Source of the DNA: a virus | Lineage: Duplodnaviria > Caudoviricetes | Virus record (IMG/VR): IMGVR_UViG_3300028591_005933 | Location: 1,471-65,470 of that record | Reading direction: 5' to 3' (one strand) | DNA: 64,000 nt | Part shown: positions 54,952 to 62,083 of the stretch, piece by piece | How positions within the stretch are numbered: the first letter of the stretch is position 1 | How the letters are laid out: each line of letters starts with the position of its first letter | Translations under genes and position numbers: made by a program | The notes under the pieces: model-generated | Databases searched by the model: none | What the model saw: the letters and a program-made list of their open reading frames with translations, nothing else | What the model was told of the DNA's origin: nothing

Positions 54952-55644
54952 TTAAATTTTCATATAAGCAATAAACATTGATGAGCTACTACTACTACTA
55001 CAACAACTTGAACACGAAGATGAAGATGATGAAGTTAAAACAATATCATAAAGCGTTACATGCGTTTTGCTTAATTTATTTACTATATTAGTCCAACTAT
55101 TAAACATAGTTGTTATATCAGTAGCTGTTATTAATTCTCCGTCTGGAATATTTGTAATACTTGAAATAGTTGCACTTTTATCATACATTAGTTTTGGACT
55201 ACTTACATAGTTACTAACAACATGTTTTAATTTGCATGCACAGAATAGAGCTGTTAAATTCCAAAAGTTTAAAATACCTCTAGTTGTAACTAATTCGTTA
55301 GATTTTGTATCAATTCCTCTTTCATTTAAAAAATTAGTTAATTGAGTCATAACTTCACTTTCTGTAACATAATATTTTCCATTATGATCACCACTAAAAT
55401 TATAGCCCATAACTGTTTCATTTTTTACGCTTATTGTGGCCTTTATTTCTTTACCATCTTCATTAACTATTTTATATTTCGAATCGTTATTAACATAATC
55501 TTTTCTTAGCTCTTTTGGAACTGCATTTTCATATTGTGACTGTGAACTAACGATATTTATTGGTTTTTGACGAGTAAATAATAGATTTTTAAAATCTTCT
55601 ATTAACTCACCGTATGTTATGGTATTATTTTGAGCAACTGCCAT
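54952..55644 (-). CDS. Virion-like protein with Ser/Cys-rich C-terminal tail; candidate radical SAM substrate
   Basis: Starts MAVAQNNTITYGEL (ATG 55644, 1 nt after the upstream stop); ends LTSSSSSSCSSCCSSSSSSSMFIAYMKI. Confidence 0.75.
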   Translation of the reverse strand: MAVAQNNTITYGELIEDFKNLLFTRQKPINIVSSQSQYENAVPKELRKDYVNNDSKYKIVNEDGKEIKATISVKNETVMGYNFSGDHNGKYYVTESEVMTQLTNFLNERGIDTKSNELVTTRGILNFWNLTALFCACKLKHVVSNYVSSPKLMYDKSATISSITNIPDGELITATDITTMFNSWTNIVNKLSKTHVTLYDIVLTSSSSSSCSSCCSSSSSSSMFIAYMKI

Positions 55645-55645
55645 T

Positions 55646-56122
55646 TTATTTATCCACACTTAATAAATTTACGTACATATAAAGCTGACTAGATAAAGCA
55701 TATAAAACATCTAAAGCATCTTGATATTGTATATTATTTTCTTTTGGTGTATATAATTTTTGTAAATTACTTAATGTTTGAAAATCTAGGAATAATAAAA
55801 CACTTTTTATATTAGTAGGTATTTTATCAACTGGTACTTCTTCATTTACAGTACAAAATTTAATACATGCAAAGTAAATACCAAGTAATTTTTCACAAAA
55901 ATTCTTTAAATCTTCTCCAACTGCTTCTTTGATATCAATGAATTCCATTACATCATTAAATATTACTTTATCATTATTAAAAAAATCGTCACTGAAGTTA
56001 TGTTTTCCTTTTATTAATAAATAAATAGTAAAGGCCAAAATATCATTCATTTCAGTGTTTTCACTATTTATAAAGTCTTTAATACATTTTATTTTATTAT
56101 CAGTGGTATCATTTTTTAACAT
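55646..56122 (-). CDS. Hypothetical helical protein, first gene of the radical SAM operon
   Basis: GGAG RBS; GTTCTA motif at 56153-56158. Confidence 0.7.
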   Translation of the reverse strand: MLKNDTTDNKIKCIKDFINSENTEMNDILAFTIYLLIKGKHNFSDDFFNNDKVIFNDVMEFIDIKEAVGEDLKNFCEKLLGIYFACIKFCTVNEEVPVDKIPTNIKSVLLFLDFQTLSNLQKLYTPKENNIQYQDALDVLYALSSQLYMYVNLLSVDK

Positions 56123-56152
56123 TGCTATTCTCCATCCTTTAAGTATATTTAA

Positions 56153-56158
56153 TAGAAC
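56153..56158 (-). promoter_or_regulatory. GTTCTA putative phage late-promoter motif (radical SAM operon copy)
   Basis: Same hexamer is oriented towards downstream genes at 122, 8322, 12179, 12191, 12880, 16531, 21769, 26787, 31582, 32762, 37012, 45843 and 48726. Confidence 0.6.
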
Positions 56159-56249
56159 TTTGAATGCTTTTTTTGTTAGAAAAATAATTTCTAATATTTA
56201 GTTTTTACTATATTCTATATAATATATATTTAAATAGAGAAATAGTTAT

Positions 56250-56726
56250 ATGAAAAACAATACAAATATTGAAGAGATAGTAAATATATTATTTGATCAA
56301 AAATGGTATGATGATGTATTAAATGCTATAGACTTAGCATTACATCATAATACTAGAAAATTAAATGAAGATGATATAGTTTATAATATAATAGATTATA
56401 ATATTAATAAACGCTTAGAAGAAAAAGCATTAAATGATTTATATACTACTCTTCCAAAAATATTAGTTTTTAAGAAAAATAATTTAATAGAAACATTTAA
56501 TACATTTAAAAATATTATTGAAAATTGTGATACTTGTTCAAAATTTAATAAACATTCATTAAAAATTATTTTTGAAGATGTGGATGATTTAGAAAAAGAA
56601 TTTTTAACTTGGCCTAAAGTATTAAATAAAGAATATAATACTATTAAAATTAAATTAACAAAAAGTCAAAAAGATCATCAATATAAATTAAGTATCAAGA
56701 AAGATAATTTTGCGGAAGAGGAATAA
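56250..56726 (+). CDS. Hypothetical protein
   Basis: 158-aa ORF. Confidence 0.55.
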   Translation: MKNNTNIEEIVNILFDQKWYDDVLNAIDLALHHNTRKLNEDDIVYNIIDYNINKRLEEKALNDLYTTLPKILVFKKNNLIETFNTFKNIIENCDTCSKFNKHSLKIIFEDVDDLEKEFLTWPKVLNKEYNTIKIKLTKSQKDHQYKLSIKKDNFAEEE

Positions 56727-56904
56727 ATATTTGATCCATTGATTCTGTATTAATTATTGTACGTATTACGCCGCCAGGTACTTTTGTATAACTAATCGCA
56801 TATCCAAGATCATTATAATTACCATCAACAGATTCAAATAATTTTAATGTTTTAAATATGTTTTTATCTATTTCTATTTTAATTTTAGGTTTTTTCTTAA
56901 ACAT
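56695..56904 (-). CDS. Small phage protein with xVPGG motif
   Basis: YTKVPGGVIRT...FIP resembles small RVPGGW-type phage proteins. Confidence 0.55.
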   Translation of the reverse strand: MFKKKPKIKIEIDKNIFKTLKLFESVDGNYNDLGYAISYTKVPGGVIRTIINTESMDQIFIPLPQNYLS

Positions 56905-56906
56905 GA

Positions 56907-57140
56907 TTATCTAGAACAATGCTTTTTAAAGTTAGTTTCTATATAACTATAAATATTTTCAAATTCAAGCATATCTTTATCAGTTAACTGTAATTTTTTA
57001 TTATTTATAGTTAATACATTTTCATTTAATGTGTATTTTTTAGCTATAAAATCTTTAATTTCAGATAAAGATAAATACATTTGTTTTTTATTTGAAGTAA
57101 TTACCTTTATTCCTGTTTCGTCTAAATTTATAATACGCAT
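56907..57140 (-). CDS. Small hypothetical protein
   Basis: AGGAG RBS; coupled to the next gene. Confidence 0.6.
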   Translation of the reverse strand: MRIINLDETGIKVITSNKKQMYLSLSEIKDFIAKKYTLNENVLTINNKKLQLTDKDMLEFENIYSYIETNFKKHCSR

Positions 57141-57243
57141 TGATACTTATCTCCTATTAATATATAATATAAAAGATTGGTAATAAAAAGTAAAGCAAAA
57201 AATTAAAAATATAATGGAAAATTTATTAAGTAGAAAATAAATT

Positions 57244-57272
57244 TTGAATTTATTCTTATAGATAATTAAAAT
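57244..57272 (+). promoter_or_regulatory. Host sigma-70-type promoter candidate for the AAA ATPase
   Basis: TTGAAT-N17-TAAAAT followed by GGAGG (57281-57285); the region is AT-rich so chance matches are possible. Confidence 0.4.
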
Positions 57273-57291
57273 ATGTTATCGGAGGATTAGA

Positions 57292-59604
57292 ATGGTATTA
57301 AAACCGTTAAAAATTAAAATGAAAAAAGATAAAAAAGAGCCTAAAAAAGTTGACGCTGAAGTATTTAAAGATTTATCATTTAATTTATCAATGGTTTATG
57401 GTAGAAGAGACGAAGTGGAGGTTTCAGAAAGTGGTGAATATTCAGTTAGTTTAAATAGTTATGAAAAATATAAAAAATTATATTATTATAGTAATATAAC
57501 TCATTATATTTTAACAAATAGTAATGTTTCTGCTTTATCTAAGGGTAAACATATATTATCTATGCCATTTTTCTTATCATCGAATTTAAATAAGTCAATA
57601 AAAAATAAAGTTTCAAATATTATTAAGGAGTTTGAAGCAAAGGCTAATAAATTAGACGCTATTAGAGAAAAAATTGAACTTAGTAAGACTTCGATGGAAT
57701 ATCCTTCATTTGATTTATATAATTTAATATATATTCCTTCATTTTTTGCAGAATTTTTAACTTTAGGTAAAGCTTTGAATACTGAATTAAAAAAATATTT
57801 AAATAGTATAGATGTTTTATCATTAAAAAAATCTTATTGGATAAAAAATTTTGAATTATTTTTTGATAAAATAGGAATAAAAAACAATAGTATAAAAGAG
57901 TTTACTGAGTTGTTAATATTTGACAGCGTTATAGATGTTTGTAGAATAGCTGATGCAAATTTAAGTAAATATTCTCCAGATACTTTAGCAAAATATCTTG
58001 GAAATAAGTTTAAATTACCTCAAAATGCTTTAAATGAATATGAATCTATTTTATTTCATTTGGAATATGATCCAAAAAGATTAGTATCTGTTTATATTGA
58101 GCATTGCTTTTTATATGCATGTCTTAGAAAATATATTTCAAATGAAAAGGCTTTAAAAAGTTATTTACCAACATTAAAAGATTCAAAACTTTCTTTAGAT
58201 AATTTTTCTTATATTGAGCAGATTGATTATTTAAAGCGTTTATTAAAAAATAGTTTAGATAATCGTAAAAAAGGTATAAATATTTTATTATATGGAGAAC
58301 CCGGTACTGGTAAAACAAGTTTTGCTACAGCTTTAATGAAAAGCCTTGGTACAAATAATTATGTAGTACCTGGTTTAAATTTGATTAGTGAAGAAAAAGG
58401 TAATAAGGGAATTGAATCAACAAAAGGTGTTAATGATTTAAGAAAGCATAAGTATTTGACTATGCAAACATGTTTAAAAAGTAGTAAAAATAGTATAATT
58501 TTATATGATGAGGCTGAAGACTTTTTTATGCATAGTCCAAACGAAGTTACAGAAAAATTTACTATTAATGAAATACTAGAAAATAATTGTGTGCCTACAA
58601 TTTGGACTACAAATAGTTTATGGTGTATGAGTAAAGCTTTTATTAGAAGATTTACATATGTATTAAACATAGATAATCTTCCTAAAGATATTTATAAAAA
58701 ATTATTTGAAGATTTGTTAAAAAAATATAGTATTTTTGTTGATGATGAATTAAAAAATTTATTTATACAATATAAACCAACAATTGGTATAGTTGAAAAA
58801 ATTTTAAGTAATTATAAATTAAGTAAATCTAAAGATAGTAATCAGTTAAAAAAAGATTTATTAGATTCGTTAAAAGGTTTAAATTATGGTGATATTTTAA
58901 AAAAATTGCCAATTAATAGTTTTAAGTTTAATCCAAATTTATTAAATACTTCGGTTGATTTAATTGACCTTACAGCAAGCATAAAGCAAAACGGTAGGTT
59001 AGATTTTAGTTTGTTACTTTATGGCGTTCCAGGGAGCTCTAAAACGTCATATGCAAGATATTTGGCAGAAGAATTAGGATTAAATGTAATAAGTAAAACA
59101 TATACAGAACTTTCTTCTATGTGGGTTGGAGAAACTGAAAAAAATATTGCAAGATTGTTTGAAGAGGCTGAGCGTGATAAAGCTTTAATAATATTAGATG
59201 AATGTGATGTTTTATTACAAGATCGTACAAGATCTGTAAGAAGTTGGGAAACTAGTCAAACTGAAGCATTATTAACAGCAATGGATAATCATCCTTATCC
59301 ATTTGTTATGACTACTAATTTATATGATAATCTGGATCCAGCGGTTATGAGAAGAGTATTGTATAAAGTAAAACATGATTATTTAACAGATGATCAAGTA
59401 AAAATGGCTTTTGAATACTTTTTTAATATTAAATTAAAAGAAAATTTACATTTATCTAGATTGACTAGTGGTGATTTTGCAGTTATAAAAAAACAAGCCG
59501 AATTTCAATCAAAATTAAGTGATAAAACTTGGCTTGTTAATAAATTAACTGAAGAGATGAATCAGAAAAAAATGTTAAATGCAAATACAGAATTATTGAT
59601 TTAG
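57292..59604 (+). CDS. Tandem two-domain AAA+ ATPase
   Basis: Walker A GEPGTGKT and Walker B LYDEAE; second module GVPGSSKT, ILDECD, SSMWVGETEKNI pore loop, TTNLYDNLDPAVMRR second region of homology. Confidence 0.9.
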   Translation: MVLKPLKIKMKKDKKEPKKVDAEVFKDLSFNLSMVYGRRDEVEVSESGEYSVSLNSYEKYKKLYYYSNITHYILTNSNVSALSKGKHILSMPFFLSSNLNKSIKNKVSNIIKEFEAKANKLDAIREKIELSKTSMEYPSFDLYNLIYIPSFFAEFLTLGKALNTELKKYLNSIDVLSLKKSYWIKNFELFFDKIGIKNNSIKEFTELLIFDSVIDVCRIADANLSKYSPDTLAKYLGNKFKLPQNALNEYESILFHLEYDPKRLVSVYIEHCFLYACLRKYISNEKALKSYLPTLKDSKLSLDNFSYIEQIDYLKRLLKNSLDNRKKGINILLYGEPGTGKTSFATALMKSLGTNNYVVPGLNLISEEKGNKGIESTKGVNDLRKHKYLTMQTCLKSSKNSIILYDEAEDFFMHSPNEVTEKFTINEILENNCVPTIWTTNSLWCMSKAFIRRFTYVLNIDNLPKDIYKKLFEDLLKKYSIFVDDELKNLFIQYKPTIGIVEKILSNYKLSKSKDSNQLKKDLLDSLKGLNYGDILKKLPINSFKFNPNLLNTSVDLIDLTASIKQNGRLDFSLLLYGVPGSSKTSYARYLAEELGLNVISKTYTELSSMWVGETEKNIARLFEEAERDKALIILDECDVLLQDRTRSVRSWETSQTEALLTAMDNHPYPFVMTTNLYDNLDPAVMRRVLYKVKHDYLTDDQVKMAFEYFFNIKLKENLHLSRLTSGDFAVIKKQAEFQSKLSDKTWLVNKLTEEMNQKKMLNANTELLI

Positions 59605-59955
59605 TTGTAACCATTCTTCAAAAGTTAAAGGGTTATTTTCCCACCAGTTTTCAGTTTCTGGATAATTACGCAGGTATTCACGATATTCTGCGTATTTTTG
59701 TTTTTCTGCTTTTGTAAAAGGAGCATCAGCTAATTGTGTAAAATCTGTTTTTAAAAGGTATTTATCACGTATAGCTCTAACTTCTTCTTTAATTTCATCT
59801 ATTGGTCTAGTTGGAACATAATCTTTTAAATAAAATTTTCCATTATATCCAATTTCGACATCTAATTTTTCAAAATTATTTGCTTTGGCTTCAATTTGAT
59901 TAGGAACTAAGCATTCTTTTGTTTTTTCATTTATAACTTTTGCATAATATAACAT
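59593..59955 (-). CDS. Phage tail (fibre) assembly chaperone
   Basis: VRAIRDKYLLKTDFTQLADAP...YAEYREYLRNYP motif. Confidence 0.8.
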   Translation of the reverse strand: MLYYAKVINEKTKECLVPNQIEAKANNFEKLDVEIGYNGKFYLKDYVPTRPIDEIKEEVRAIRDKYLLKTDFTQLADAPFTKAEKQKYAEYREYLRNYPETENWWENNPLTFEEWLQLNQ

Positions 59956-59970
59956 TTATTATTTCCTTTT

Positions 59971-62073
59971 TTAACTTCTATTTGGATAGAAATAAACATG
60001 CCAAGCGTTACCGCCGGATCTACTCCAAGTATCTCCAGCTTTTACTGGTAATAAACATGAAATTTCATGAGATCCATCACCATCCATTCTATCGATATTA
60101 CAAATTAAGCTAGAATTTATATAAAAATTAAAGTGACCACCAGCATAATTATAAGTACTTAAACCAATCCAACCAGTAGCACTAGCAGTACCAGAAGATT
60201 CTGTTAATTCTGTTGGATTAGAATAATCTGGCATGCCTAAAGATGAATTACTTAGAGCATTTATAGCTTTTGTTACAAATTTAGTATTTGCAGCATTTGT
60301 AGTATTATCGCCATCGGCTCTATCTGGTACTTTTATTCCACTAAATGTTTTTGTAGCGGTTATATTTTGAGCTGTATTTAAAGTAACAAAATTATCATCA
60401 ATGTTATCAGAAGCAGCATCTAATTGTGTTTGAACCCAGGCTCTTTCTTTTTTTAGAGCATACCAAACTTGTCCGTTAACAGCTATACTATTAAATTCGG
60501 TATCGTCTATATCATCTTCTGCTGGATCCATAATTAATTCATCTGGTCTAATACGCCAATTTACATTTTCTACAGCTAAAGCATCATCTTCATCCATACC
60601 TGCTAAGTTTGATAAATTAGTTTTAAGTAATTGACCACCACCAATATTACTTGTTATTTGTATTGAATTTAATTTAATCTTTAAACTATTTTCTACTAAT
60701 GTAAGAGTTTCATTATTAAATCTTATAGGTGATTTTGAAGGTCTATATATAAAAGTATTTATTGGACCTCTTCTTGGATTTGAACCTGTAACAGAAGTAA
60801 CACAAATAGTTAATACTGGTTCAACTTTTATATCTTGTTCGAATGGAATAAAATCACCTTCCGTTAAATCAAAGTCAGGATCTGCATGTATTATTCTAAA
60901 ATTAGTTAATGTATATTCATAAATGCCATTTCCAATAGAAGTACTCTTAAGAGTTGCTCCGATTTGCATATTACCTTTCCAACCAGTTACTTCAGTATTT
61001 GGTATATTGGTAGTGCCGAATCTTTGATTTACTGAAACTACAGTATTAGCAAGAGTTTCATTTTCTTTATCTACATGAAATTTTAAATCGCATAATAATC
61101 CAGTTAATTTTTTACCAGTTGAAAAGCATTTCCATTTGTCAACATTACTTGAATTTAATACTAACATAGTTTGAGAAGTATTGTATTTATAACTTACTCC
61201 TACGTTATTTTCATATAAGGCATCATATTGTGAAGCATTTAAAAAATCAGTACGTAATGCATTTTGTGTTACATTTGATAATTTTCCGTTAACATAATTT
61301 ATTACTGCTCCTGTCTCTGGATAATGAGCTTCTTGTATATCTTGTTCATTAATTGTATCATCTTTATTTGCTATTTTTTCAAGATTACCAAGAGCTCTTT
61401 CATTTATTGCATTTATTAGATCATCTGGAGATACGTTACTTAAGTCAGCATATGCTAACGGTGTTTCATGTAAAGTACCATTTCCTAAATTTTCTGTATT
61501 TATATTTGTTCCACTTGCATATGCTACAGGTTCGTTATGTTTATTAGGATCTGCTAAATCTGAAGTATTAATATTAGTAGTATCTGCATATGCTAAATTT
61601 TTACCTTGATGCTTACCAGATTGATTTTCGCCTGTGGCTAACATTTCTGTATTTACATTAGCCATTGATTTATAAGCATAATTTTCTAAATTGGTATTTA
61701 TATTAGCACTAGTTGCTAAACCGTATTCAGATAAAGTTTGAACAATTTTATTTTTATCAGCTGATTTTGTAGCTTTTTCAATATTACTTAAATCAGCATA
61801 AGCTAGGTTTTTTTCAGAGGTACCTAATGTATTTGGTCTATTTTCAGCTAAAACTTTTGTAGTAACATTTCCCATATCGGCTCTAGCCATTGGAATACCA
61901 CCTTGAGTAATTCCATTATGTAATACTACAGAAGTATTATTGTCTGTACCTTTACCGTTTTTTCCTAAATCTACAACTATTTCACCAGCAATTCCAGTAA
62001 ATGCATTATTTGCATCATGATCGCCTTTTCTGAATGAAATCGCTGTTGTTTCTGTATAAGAAGAAGCTGCCAT
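59971..62073 (-). CDS. Tail fibre with N-terminal Mtd_N (major tropism determinant N-terminal) domain
   Basis: FRKGDHDANNAFTGIAGEIVVD...VVLHNGITQGGIPMAR; LAYADxxN repeats; TLNTAQNITATKTF fibre motif; GMPDYS...PVKAGD C-terminal domain. Confidence 0.75.
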   Translation of the reverse strand: MAASSYTETTAISFRKGDHDANNAFTGIAGEIVVDLGKNGKGTDNNTSVVLHNGITQGGIPMARADMGNVTTKVLAENRPNTLGTSEKNLAYADLSNIEKATKSADKNKIVQTLSEYGLATSANINTNLENYAYKSMANVNTEMLATGENQSGKHQGKNLAYADTTNINTSDLADPNKHNEPVAYASGTNINTENLGNGTLHETPLAYADLSNVSPDDLINAINERALGNLEKIANKDDTINEQDIQEAHYPETGAVINYVNGKLSNVTQNALRTDFLNASQYDALYENNVGVSYKYNTSQTMLVLNSSNVDKWKCFSTGKKLTGLLCDLKFHVDKENETLANTVVSVNQRFGTTNIPNTEVTGWKGNMQIGATLKSTSIGNGIYEYTLTNFRIIHADPDFDLTEGDFIPFEQDIKVEPVLTICVTSVTGSNPRRGPINTFIYRPSKSPIRFNNETLTLVENSLKIKLNSIQITSNIGGGQLLKTNLSNLAGMDEDDALAVENVNWRIRPDELIMDPAEDDIDDTEFNSIAVNGQVWYALKKERAWVQTQLDAASDNIDDNFVTLNTAQNITATKTFSGIKVPDRADGDNTTNAANTKFVTKAINALSNSSLGMPDYSNPTELTESSGTASATGWIGLSTYNYAGGHFNFYINSSLICNIDRMDGDGSHEISCLLPVKAGDTWSRSGGNAWHVYFYPNRS

Positions 62074-62083
62074 AGTTTATTCC

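Noticed and set aside
54990-55030. (ACT)n/(GAT)n microsatellite as a phase-variation tract
   Set aside because: Only four identical codons in a row, flanked by synonymous variants; triplet slippage would not change frame.
59971-62073. Diversity-generating retroelement suggested by the Mtd_N domain
   Set aside because: No reverse transcriptase, no template/variable repeat pair with adenine-specific mismatches and no C-type lectin end are visible in the window; Mtd_N occurs in many non-DGR fibres.
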